From a virus (Duplodnaviria > Caudoviricetes), in the IMG/VR virus record IMGVR_UViG_3300020176_000019, positions 1-55,754 of that record: 55,754 bases of DNA, one strand, 5' to 3'. How positions within the stretch are numbered: position 1 is the first letter of the stretch; each line of letters begins with the position of its first letter. Shown here in pieces: positions 45,312 to 53,496 of this stretch. The position numbers and the translations under genes are program-made. The notes under the pieces are model-generated. The model saw only the letters and a program-made list of their open reading frames with translations, had not been told where the DNA came from and made no database searches.

Positions 45312-45325
45312 CAACTGATACGCGC

Positions 45326-45353
45326 ATATTACCACCGACTAGAAATCTGTCAA
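45326..45353 (-). promoter_or_regulatory. sigma70-type promoter for the major capsid gene
   Basis: TTGACA-N16-TAATAT with TG extension. Confidence 0.65.
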
Positions 45354-45358
45354 TGGGG

Positions 45359-46558
45359 TCACACAGCCCCCAGAGCCGCGTTCACACGCTGCTCGAATGA
45401 CATATCGTCGCTTAGGCCGGAGCCTGTTACCGAAGAAGCTTTCGTCTGACCAGACATCGCTGGCTCTGCGTCCTCATACTCCGCAAGGCGGTCAGTCAAT
45501 GACTCAACCTCTTTTCTCATCTCAAGATACTGTCGAACAACCGTCGGGAAGACTTGGGCTGAGACCGCATTGTAGGCGTGGTCAACAGGATGGAGAACAG
45601 ATGGGTCGGTTTCAGCGGCCTTCTGCTGGATGGCTTGCATATCAAGTCCTTCGATTCCTTTGAGGAAGGGCAACTTCTGCTGGACTCTTTCGACGACGTT
45701 TTTGGTGACATTCTGCCTAAGTTGGGCTTGTTCTGCTGCATTTGCGGCTAGTTGCTGCTCTTCGAGTTGTTTTGCTTCAGCAAGGGCTTCATCAGCGTTC
45801 TGGTAAAGCTGCTCACGACGCTGGATGATCGGGTCAACTTCTTCCATGATACGGAAGATCCGAGCCTTATCTCGGTCACTAGCATTTGGCAAAAGCTCTG
45901 CTAACTGCTCCTCCTGCTCTTGCGGGTCGTCCAACGAGATAATATCGACCAAAGCGTCTGGATCGACTTCATACTTGTCAGCAATCTGGTCAGCCTGCTC
46001 TACCAAAGCCGCTAGTGGCTCCGATACCGCTGTTTGATACGCTTGAGTCTGCTCAAGGTTCGAGAGTGCTTGCTGCTGCTCATATTCCGCCAGTTTCGAC
46101 TGTAGCTGCTCGACGTCTTTGTTTTCGACAAGTCCGGTGAGTTCCTGTATTTTCGACTCATATTCCTTTGACTGCTGACGCAACTGCTCCAACTCTGAAC
46201 GGTTTGTCTTCAATTCCGTCTTGAGTTCCTTAAAGCGATGAGCCGCTTTAGGTGTCCAGTCGTCGCCAATGTCCTCCGACAAGTCTTCGATTGGATCTGA
46301 TTCCTGATCCCCTGTATCCTGTTCCACTGATTCCTCAGCCACTGGTTCGGGTTCAGGCTCTGCGGCTGGTTCAGGTTCCGGTTCAGGCTCTGCGGCTGGT
46401 TCAGGCTCAGGCTCTGCGGGTGCTTGGTCAAGGCTGGCAAACGCTGCTTCCAACGAGGCTTCAAAGGAAGAGGGTTCGGTGGCGTCCGGCAGGGCATCCA
46501 CATTAGTTGGTGCTTCTACGGCTTCAGCGGCTTCTACAGCTTCTACAGGTGCGTCCAT
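45359..46558 (-). CDS. Capsid scaffolding protein
   Basis: Very acidic, EPEP repeats, long coiled coil; between portal and capsid. Confidence 0.75.
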   Translation of the reverse strand: MDAPVEAVEAAEAVEAPTNVDALPDATEPSSFEASLEAAFASLDQAPAEPEPEPAAEPEPEPEPAAEPEPEPVAEESVEQDTGDQESDPIEDLSEDIGDDWTPKAAHRFKELKTELKTNRSELEQLRQQSKEYESKIQELTGLVENKDVEQLQSKLAEYEQQQALSNLEQTQAYQTAVSEPLAALVEQADQIADKYEVDPDALVDIISLDDPQEQEEQLAELLPNASDRDKARIFRIMEEVDPIIQRREQLYQNADEALAEAKQLEEQQLAANAAEQAQLRQNVTKNVVERVQQKLPFLKGIEGLDMQAIQQKAAETDPSVLHPVDHAYNAVSAQVFPTVVRQYLEMRKEVESLTDRLAEYEDAEPAMSGQTKASSVTGSGLSDDMSFEQRVNAALGAV

Positions 46559-46860
46559 TCGTCAGGTTGGTTTGGTTTGTGGGTGGAGGGCCGATGTGTC
46601 AGCTTCTCCAAATCATTGAAAGCGTCTCGGTAGCCAGCATACCACGCCAGCTTGTGGCTGTTGGCCTGCGGGTCAGGATCTAAAGCAGTAACGGTAGGGC
46701 CAGAGGCTTCCTTCAGGATGGCCACAGCCTGCTGGAATACCGGATCTTCGATGAGATCATGTAGGTGGGTCACAGCCTTAACGTCATTAAACCACCGCTC
46801 CAGTTTAATTGGAACGGCGATCTTCTTCGCTGCTTTCTTTGCGGCCTTTTTAGCTGGCAT
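46543..46860 (-). CDS. Small head-assembly-region protein
   Basis: 105 aa between portal and scaffold; PAKKAAKKAAKK N-terminus. Confidence 0.6.
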   Translation of the reverse strand: MPAKKAAKKAAKKIAVPIKLERWFNDVKAVTHLHDLIEDPVFQQAVAILKEASGPTVTALDPDPQANSHKLAWYAGYRDAFNDLEKLTHRPSTHKPNQPDEWTHL

Positions 46861-49082
46861 TATTCTTGTTCACGAAACCTTAAGGCGGCTTCGGCATCAC
46901 GGATCGCTTGCTCTTGGTCGAACTTTCTTTGCTTGATAGCCATGTCCAGTTCTGCCTTTTGCTGCGCGATCTGCATATCGACTTGCGCCTTCTGTAGTTT
47001 CATATCTATCTCAGACGCTTGGGGTTGTCCAGCCCCTTCTTGCATATTTTCTGCCTGCTCGCGTTGGATCTTTTCCAACGCCTTCATCGTGTTGTTGATG
47101 GCCTCCTCGGCATACTGGAGGACTTGCTTCGTCTGAGCCACTGTAGCCTGCAACGCTGGATCGCCCGCAGCAAATTGGGCGGTCTCGCTGATGTGCTGGT
47201 AGAGGGCCTGCAAAGCCGGAAGGACTCTCTGTGGATCTGCCTGACCGCCGTCGATGGCTTCGATGATCTGCTGGAGCAACGGAACGTGCAACTGCAAGTG
47301 CTGGCCGTGTAACTCGCTCGATACAACCGGAACTGGCTGTCCTTGCTGCAACTGCTGGTTCTCCAGATAGGCAATCTTGGTATCTACCGTCGGCCTCTCC
47401 GAGTCTTGCGCCGGAACGTAGCGATCCGCGAGGTCGTGACCGACACGAGTGCTAACGATGTCACGAGTAAGGTTGCGGCGGCCCACGTCATCGAACTGTC
47501 CGCTGATTCCTTGCAGCTCCCGCAGTGCGACGAGTCGATTAGCGTGTGAGCCGTTTCCGATAGAGCGGACTGCTTTGGTTTGTTCGACATCAAGTTTCTT
47601 AATAAAGTCTGCGTCTACGCCGCGCTTCTCGCACCGTGCGAAGAAGTCTTTAATGGCAGCGTCAGGACGTTTGGTCTGGACTACTCGGCGAACCATCTCG
47701 CGCATCAGGCGGGTCCAGCTCGCGTAGAACAAGTTAAGGGTAGAACCAGAAATACGGGTAGCGACATCCATGTCGGCTACCACCTGCATCTGATTCTTGT
47801 ATGGTGAACCCTGATTCGGTCCATAGGTGGATATCGTATCGGTATTCAGTGCGAGCTGCTGCGATAAGTCCTGCAACGCTGGTTGGACCGCTGTGCCTAA
47901 GTTGGGGATCGCCTTCTCGACAATCCGCACGTTGGGCGACATCACGGCATACGCGCCGTAGAAAGTGAACTGTAGCTCGTCCAGCGAGCGTTGGTTCTCC
48001 GGTTGAATCATCACGGCAGAGCCGAGCATCGCGCCGTCAATCTGCTGGCAACGTAAACGGTTACTCGTCTGGACATGCGAGAAGATCCGCTGGCCCAAGC
48101 CCCGAACAGAATGGTAGGTGCCGTTGCTGCCAACGCCATACGAGAAGAAGATATACGCCTGCTCCGGTGAAGCATAGCGACTAACCTTCTTGTAGAGGAA
48201 GTCCTTCGGGCTGGTTTCAGCCGATATATAGTGGCTTACGCTCCCATCCATCTCGCGGACCCAGTAATGAAGCACGTCTACAGTTGGGTTTTGAATTCCG
48301 GTGTAGAGGTCGTTGTTCTTAATCTCCGCTTGAAGAGCTTCATAGTCGGAGTAAGTCGTGCCAGATTGATAGGAGCGACCCGAAGTTTTCACGTTGTCAA
48401 GCATCACCCGCTTGACCTCATCGACGTTCCAACCAACTGATTTAGCGGCCTTCTCGTTCTTGATGAAATGATATAGCTCGTGCAGATGGTATTGGCGTCG
48501 GCCAATAGCGATGTCGATCCCGTTCTCAGAGGCAGGTGATTGTCTCGGAATCAGGATATCTGCAAAACCGCCGACTCGAAACTTCCAGTCGTCGGGCGAG
48601 TCGAAGTAGGCAATACCTACGCCGTGCTTAATGAATTGAGTGCAAAGTCGAAGGTAGCTGGAGTGAAACTCTGGCCAACGGCGGAACAAGTTTGTCAGCT
48701 CTTCCGCTACAACGTCCTCTTTTGGCCCCTGCTCGCTTTTCTCGCCCGTTGTGGATTTCACCTCCACAAGACGCTCCAAAGAGCTGTAGAGGTCAACGTA
48801 GGCCGAAAGAGAGATATCCAGCAAACGCTGCGCTTCTCCAAAGTTCAAGTTGGTCTTGAGTCCCTGACCACTAGCCGCCAACTGCGATTGGCTGTAAGGC
48901 GCAGCACCGTCAAACATACTGTCGATCCGCGCACGGTTGACAGCGGACTTCTCATCAGCCTTGAGCAAGGTAGCAAATAGGCCGACAGCAGACTTCACGT
49001 CCTTCAGGCGTGTCTCGACTGGTTTCCCTTTTTCATCGAGACTCCCCAAGTCGAGTCCGTCCAAGTCAATTAGGTTTGACAT
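46860..49082 (-). CDS. Portal protein
   Basis: ~740 aa from ATG 49082 (MSNLIDLDG); first large head gene; RGLG motif and Q-rich helical C-terminus typical of podoviral portals. Confidence 0.75.
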   Translation of the reverse strand: MSNLIDLDGLDLGSLDEKGKPVETRLKDVKSAVGLFATLLKADEKSAVNRARIDSMFDGAAPYSQSQLAASGQGLKTNLNFGEAQRLLDISLSAYVDLYSSLERLVEVKSTTGEKSEQGPKEDVVAEELTNLFRRWPEFHSSYLRLCTQFIKHGVGIAYFDSPDDWKFRVGGFADILIPRQSPASENGIDIAIGRRQYHLHELYHFIKNEKAAKSVGWNVDEVKRVMLDNVKTSGRSYQSGTTYSDYEALQAEIKNNDLYTGIQNPTVDVLHYWVREMDGSVSHYISAETSPKDFLYKKVSRYASPEQAYIFFSYGVGSNGTYHSVRGLGQRIFSHVQTSNRLRCQQIDGAMLGSAVMIQPENQRSLDELQFTFYGAYAVMSPNVRIVEKAIPNLGTAVQPALQDLSQQLALNTDTISTYGPNQGSPYKNQMQVVADMDVATRISGSTLNLFYASWTRLMREMVRRVVQTKRPDAAIKDFFARCEKRGVDADFIKKLDVEQTKAVRSIGNGSHANRLVALRELQGISGQFDDVGRRNLTRDIVSTRVGHDLADRYVPAQDSERPTVDTKIAYLENQQLQQGQPVPVVSSELHGQHLQLHVPLLQQIIEAIDGGQADPQRVLPALQALYQHISETAQFAAGDPALQATVAQTKQVLQYAEEAINNTMKALEKIQREQAENMQEGAGQPQASEIDMKLQKAQVDMQIAQQKAELDMAIKQRKFDQEQAIRDAEAALRFREQE

Positions 49083-49090
49083 ACTTTGCG

Positions 49091-49118
49091 AGTATATGGA
49101 TTTCGTCGTCAATGTCAA
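49091..49118 (-). promoter_or_regulatory. sigma70-type promoter, near-leaderless portal transcript
   Basis: TTGACA-N16-TATACT, then 8 nt to ATG 49082. Confidence 0.65.
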
Positions 49119-49546
49119 TGTTCAGGGTAGGCGTCCTCCACGATCTTCTCCATGCGGACCCAATGGGCGCGACCGTCTTCTGTCTTGAGGCGGACATACT
49201 CTTTCTCTCCGATGTCCTTAGTATGGACTAGAAACGGGTTACCTCGATACTTCCTACCAGTATTCCGGAATTTCCAGACAGCTCCGTAAGGTGTGACCTT
49301 GTAATCAGGATAATCATCGACGACTCGCATCTCTACGTTTGGTAGCGTGTGTTGATGCACACTCAAGTCGTCATGGTAAACTCTCCGTTGCGTTCCCTCG
49401 ACGTCTACGACGTAAGAGTATGACCGTGTATTAAGCTTATAGCGTTTTACCCTTTTCGCGAGCTTCATGTTATACACATGGTCGTTAGGCGACAGCGCGT
49501 ATTGTGGCGCGCCTTTGATTTCTTTCCAGTTTTCAGGTATTCTCAT
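49115..49546 (-). CDS. Tandem NUMOD4-like protein without a recognisable nuclease domain
   Basis: WKEIKGAPQYALSP..HVYN and MRVVDDYPDYKVTPYGAVW..YVRL; no HNH motif. Confidence 0.65.
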   Translation of the reverse strand: MRIPENWKEIKGAPQYALSPNDHVYNMKLAKRVKRYKLNTRSYSYVVDVEGTQRRVYHDDLSVHQHTLPNVEMRVVDDYPDYKVTPYGAVWKFRNTGRKYRGNPFLVHTKDIGEKEYVRLKTEDGRAHWVRMEKIVEDAYPEH

Positions 49547-49690
49547 CTTTAGTATCTTATAGTTTTCAGGACCCCCACTTCAAAAACTTTTCCCCACTAC
49601 CCTTAGTATCTTATAGTTACTATTAGATACTAATATATTAGAGAGAAAGTTTTTGAGGTGGGGGGGTAGAAAACTATAAGATACTAAAGA
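49546..49690. repeat. 145-bp quasi-palindromic element, copy B (inverted copy of 9281-9425)
   Basis: Perfect 22-bp terminal IR extending imperfectly to ~45 bp; central 15-bp IR; reverse complement aligns without gaps to copy A. Confidence 0.95.
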
Positions 49691-49944
49691 TGTCCAGAAA
49701 AAAGTTTCCGCGCCCTTCTTTTCGCCAGAATCTTGTCCTTATTTTTCTTGTAATAAGCTTTGTTGTAGTCACTTAGCTTCTTTTTGGCCTCTTCTAGTTT
49801 TTCCGGTTCGAGCAGCTCTTGGATCTCTTTCCGCCTCTCGAAGCGCGGTTTCGATTCTCGGTAATACTGGTTTTGATACGCCAAACGCTCCTTCCGGTTC
49901 GCCAAATAGTATTCCCGTTTCTTTTTTGGGTCGTATTCCGCCAT
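49684..49944 (-). CDS. Basic helical protein with (K/R)xYY repeats, putative DNA-binding
   Basis: ATG 49944; KKKREYYLANRKERLAYQNQYY..YNKAYYKKNKDKI; stop codon lies inside element B. Confidence 0.6.
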   Translation of the reverse strand: MAEYDPKKKREYYLANRKERLAYQNQYYRESKPRFERRKEIQELLEPEKLEEAKKKLSDYNKAYYKKNKDKILAKRRARKLFSGHL

Positions 49945-49949
49945 GCCCC

Positions 49950-49978
49950 TCAATACCAAAAACCAGCATATTGGTCAA
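49950..49978 (-). promoter_or_regulatory. Possible sigma70-type promoter, leaderless
   Basis: A-tract, TTGACC-N17-TATTGA, 5 nt to ATG; weak -10. Confidence 0.4.
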
Positions 49979-50100
49979 TTTTTTTCTAAATAGGGATATG
50001 TATATACACGGCTCCGCAGAAAAAGCCGACCCCCCACCCGTGGCGTGTTGCGCGATCGCGCCTCAAAAGGTCTATCACTCGCTCGCGTCCGATACACGAA

Positions 50101-50317
50101 TTCTGTTTCATGTATCCCGATTCATGCATCCTGAATCGTGCGTCCTGTTTCGTGCGTCCTGTTTCGTGCAACAGGAATCAGGAAACAAGATGCAGGAATC
50201 AGGAGACAGGAAACAGGAGACAGGAAACAAGAGACAGGAAACAGGAGACAGGAATCAGGAGACAGGAAACAAGAGTCAGGAAACAAGAGACAGGAATCGG
50301 GATTCAGGAATCATGAT
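50101..50317. repeat. Array of ~31 degenerate heptamers in one register, with a polarity switch at ~50170
   Basis: Ten TCCTGTT/TCGTGCG-type units, then ~21 ACAGGAA/ACAGGAG/ACAAGAG-type units; C at position 2 and G at position 5 in nearly all. Confidence 0.9.
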
Positions 50318-50633
50318 ACGTTGATGCATTGCCCGTTCACTCTCCGGAAGAATGGCGAGGAATGGCGATGGTCATCGACATCAGCTTGAATCCCTGAATC
50401 CCTTATCCCTTTTCCTGAATAATTGTCTTGTGGAATCGCAGAATGTCTGAAACTCGCGTAATGGCCCCAGAATGCGTTCTGATGCGCTTTTGTCATTTTA
50501 TGGACATGGTATCGAAAGAATCCTGAAACGCGATCCTGCGCGATTCGCTGTTAGTCTGAACAGTAGAATAGGTGTTCGTTGGTCGTGCGTATATAGTGCA
50601 GCCATTTTATTGTCATTTTATTCAAAAAACTAC

Positions 50634-50662
50634 TTGTCAGGATAAAGGGCGCGTGATTGTCT
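50634..50662 (+). promoter_or_regulatory. Possible early promoter
   Basis: AT-rich UP-like tract, then TTGTCA-N17-TTGTCT; weak -10. Confidence 0.35.
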
Positions 50663-50664
50663 TG

Positions 50665-51080
50665 CGTTGTCGCCGCGAGGTGACGCCCGATCGGTCTCAA
50701 GCCCAGTTTGCAGTGGCCATCGGATGAGGAGGGGCAAGTGATCATGGATCGCCCCGTCACCTCCTCTCTCCACCTTCACCGAGTGAGACCGAGCCGCTAC
50801 CAAGCCGCCATGATTAAGGGTCAACCGGAAAGGACGAGAGAGGAGTCACCGAACGTAAAGAGGGCCGGACCCATAACGCGAGAGCGATGGGCCACCCTAC
50901 TACGGCCAGCGGCGCGGATGCCCCGTTGGGAACCATACAGCCGGAGCAGCTCTTGAGAGGGTCCGGTCGAGATCACAAGTGAGGGTCCGCCATTACCCTG
51001 AAACTATTCCCGCCGCTCCTTCCGGCAGGTTGAGTAGTCCGCCCCGAATCGGGCAGGTGAGCGGTTACCACCATGCGACT
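50665..51080 (+). ncRNA. Candidate structured non-coding RNA / long early leader
   Basis: No convincing ORF; many GC hairpins; CTCCTCTCTC (50761-50770) complementary to GAGAGAGGAG (~50835-50844). Confidence 0.35.
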
Positions 51081-51084
51081 CACA

Positions 51085-51148
51085 AGCTAGCCGCCTTCGG
51101 GCGGCCATAGCTCACAGCCTCCGGCCATGTCGGAAGTTGTGAGCTATG
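51085..51148 (+). promoter_or_regulatory. AUG-sequestering double-hairpin RNA motif, copy 1
   Basis: AGCTA-GCCGCC-TTCG-GGCGGC-CATAGCTCACAGC..GTTGTGAGCTATG. Confidence 0.75.
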
Positions 51149-51361
51149 AAAGCAAAAAAAGAAAAACACATTGTCTGGTGTCAAGTAGGCGGATCGGGAG
51201 AAATCGTGAAACTTTTTGAGAGTGATGATCTCGGCAAGGCGATCAAATTCGCAGATAAATGCGAAAAAAACCCGCGCCGATATTTATCAATCCATTCCCG
51301 TGATTACCTCCGAGGCTGGGGCATCGGAGTCGATGGCCCCTTCATAAAAAGTGAATCCTAA
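51146..51361 (+). CDS. Early hypothetical protein
   Basis: 71-aa ORF starting at the base of the stem. Confidence 0.6.
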   Translation: MKAKKEKHIVWCQVGGSGEIVKLFESDDLGKAIKFADKCEKNPRRYLSIHSRDYLRGWGIGVDGPFIKSES

Positions 51362-51362
51362 C

Positions 51363-51455
51363 AGCTACTCCCGCTCCGGCGGGACATAGCTATCAGTCAC
51401 CAGCTCGAAAATGACCCGCCCTCTTGCGGCGATGAGCTGGTGATTGATAGCTATG
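51363..51455 (+). promoter_or_regulatory. AUG-sequestering double-hairpin RNA motif, copy 2
   Basis: AGCTA-C-TCCCGC-TCCG-GCGGGA-CATAGCTATCAGTCACCAGCTC..GAGCTGGTGATTGATAGCTATG (22-bp stem). Confidence 0.75.
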
Positions 51456-52559
51456 AATGCAAAAACCAATACACCGACAGCCTCGACTGTCGATCAGATA
51501 GAAGCGGTTGCCAAGGCCGCCCTTTTCGCAGACAACTACCTCCGGATTCTTGGCCGATCCGGAGGCGGAAAAACTACGCTGGCCGCCAAGCTGGCCAAAT
51601 CAATCGGCATTGACTCCGAGCGGGTCAAGCTGGTCAACTTCTCCGGCAGCTTGCCGAGCCAAGTAATCGGCCAGCTCATGCCTGATGCCGCCAGCCGTGA
51701 AAGCTGGAGGACCAAGCCCATCGACTTGCCGTTGAGGGATAAGGTCGGCGACGACCCCTACCTCATCATCCTCGACGAGTTTGAGTCATGGGAGCAAAGC
51801 ATTCAGTGCCTGTTCCACGGCCTCAAATCTCCGGACGGCGTGCCGCGAGTCGGCAGCCATGAATTGCCGAAAGGCACGTTCGTTGTCCTGACGGGCAACC
51901 GGAGAGAGGATGCCGCCGCCAGTAATACTGGCAAGGCTCCGATCGTCGGTCGGTCCTCCTCAATCGAATGGCTCCCGACTGTCAAAAGCTGGGCCGCTCA
52001 CGAGGGTGAACGTGCCGCCGCAAGTCCAATCGCCGCCTTTTTAGGCTACGCGGCTAAGGCCGGATCGGAGGTCGCCGACTTCTTTTGTCCGGCCCCGCCG
52101 AAGCCATGGCGCGGCGAGCCTTACCCTCAACCGCGAGAATGGTCCGCCGCTCTTGCGGTGGAGGCTAGTCCGGCATGGCCCGCCGATCCGGCATTGCAGA
52201 ATCTAATTCTGGCAAGTAAGGTCGGACAGACTGCCGCCGATGCTTGCTGCGCCTTCCTTTCACTGGCCCGCAAGATCTTGCCATTGATGGAGTCAATCCT
52301 GAAAGGCGAGGCCCCGCTTCCGAACGGCCCGCAAGATCGCTACGCCATCGCCCACTGCGCAATCAGGAGAGCGATTGACCTTGCCGGAAAGGATCCGGAG
52401 GCCGCTGTCGCGGGCGGCAAGCTCGATCCAATCATCGATCGGATCTTGCTCCCATTAGACCCCGAAATGAGGGTCTGGTCCTTCAATGCCGCCAAGGCAG
52501 CGGGCATCCCTCTCGAACTGCATAGAGCGCAAGCCCAGCTGCAAAACCTCAACCTCTAA
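51453..52559 (+). CDS. MoxR/CbbQ-like AAA+ ATPase
   Basis: Walker A GRSGGGKT, Walker B IILDEF, sensor TGN, arginine finger VGR, PREW. Confidence 0.85.
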   Translation: MNAKTNTPTASTVDQIEAVAKAALFADNYLRILGRSGGGKTTLAAKLAKSIGIDSERVKLVNFSGSLPSQVIGQLMPDAASRESWRTKPIDLPLRDKVGDDPYLIILDEFESWEQSIQCLFHGLKSPDGVPRVGSHELPKGTFVVLTGNRREDAAASNTGKAPIVGRSSSIEWLPTVKSWAAHEGERAAASPIAAFLGYAAKAGSEVADFFCPAPPKPWRGEPYPQPREWSAALAVEASPAWPADPALQNLILASKVGQTAADACCAFLSLARKILPLMESILKGEAPLPNGPQDRYAIAHCAIRRAIDLAGKDPEAAVAGGKLDPIIDRILLPLDPEMRVWSFNAAKAAGIPLELHRAQAQLQNLNL

Positions 52560-52591
52560 CCCTTAACCCCAAACCTAGAAAAACCAATACC

Positions 52592-53479
52592 ATGAAAGAA
52601 CTGAATAGTATCTTAATAGCAAAGGTTTCCACCGCGAAACCATCACTGACTCGAAGCTTGCCCAAGCAACTCACCGACCTCTGCCGCCGTGCCGGAGTCG
52701 ATGAGAAGGAGGTGAATGCCCCTTCTGTCAAAGTTGTCAAATCAGATCTGGTGAAGGAGGCATTCAAGTTGATCAATGGCATGACGCCATTCTTGCGGAA
52801 AGGAAAGGAAGGCGTGACCGGAGAGAAGCTGAAAAAAGGTCTGGCCGTCGATGAGATCGCCGGAGCGACCTATATCAAAGCCGCTGACGTAGAATCAATT
52901 CAAAAGGAATTCGACGCCCGCCGCAGCCAACTCGATCGCCTTCTCGATCAGATCGGGAATCAATACGACAGCCTGATTCGAGAGCGGCTGGCGGAGATCG
53001 GCAACCTCGCCTTCGAGGTTGAGGTCCCCACTCGATCGGAATTCCTCGCCGACTTTGGGTTCGACTTGGAATTCCGGTCAGTCGATTCCGGCGTCAGCAA
53101 CGCCGTCCTCGATCAAGTGAGCGGCGAGGTTGCCGCTCGCCTCCGCGCTAACAACGCGAAGGTGCAAAACGAGTTTAAGACGGCCCATGCCCAGCCGATC
53201 CGAACTTGCATCGCGGAGCTGACCGAAACCATCGACCAGCTTGTCGATGGCAAGCGGCTTCGACAGGAGCGGCTCGACAAGGTCGTGGCCGTGGCCGCCG
53301 ACATGCGCGAGCAGAACTGGCTCGGATTGCCGGACCTCTCCAGTCTGGCGACCAAACTGGAAGGGCTTGCAGCAAAGAAGGAAGCATTACCGGACGCCGC
53401 CGCTCGCGAGTCGCACGCCGCGAAGGCCGAGGCCGTGAAGGCGGAGGCCGAAAGCCTGCTTGCCGGATTTGGAATCTAA
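52592..53479 (+). CDS. DUF3150-like helical protein
   Basis: All-helical protein between the AAA and vWA genes; G.TYI..F..R..L..F/Y..P...F...F pattern. Confidence 0.55.
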   Translation: MKELNSILIAKVSTAKPSLTRSLPKQLTDLCRRAGVDEKEVNAPSVKVVKSDLVKEAFKLINGMTPFLRKGKEGVTGEKLKKGLAVDEIAGATYIKAADVESIQKEFDARRSQLDRLLDQIGNQYDSLIRERLAEIGNLAFEVEVPTRSEFLADFGFDLEFRSVDSGVSNAVLDQVSGEVAARLRANNAKVQNEFKTAHAQPIRTCIAELTETIDQLVDGKRLRQERLDKVVAVAADMREQNWLGLPDLSSLATKLEGLAAKKEALPDAAARESHAAKAEAVKAEAESLLAGFGI

Positions 53480-53496
53480 AACGTAGAACTGATAAA

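Noticed and set aside
49926-50389. ORFs across the heptamer array (QETG repeats)
   Set aside because: All three plus frames are open only because of the 7-bp low-complexity repeat
51010-51073. tRNA/tmRNA-like 3' end (..TTACCACCA)
   Set aside because: No T-loop consensus (GTTCRA) or cloverleaf could be built
53206-53496. 97-aa N-terminal extension of the vWA gene in the track
   Set aside because: Overlaps the upstream gene; ATG 53497 has an A-rich leader and begins the recognisable domain
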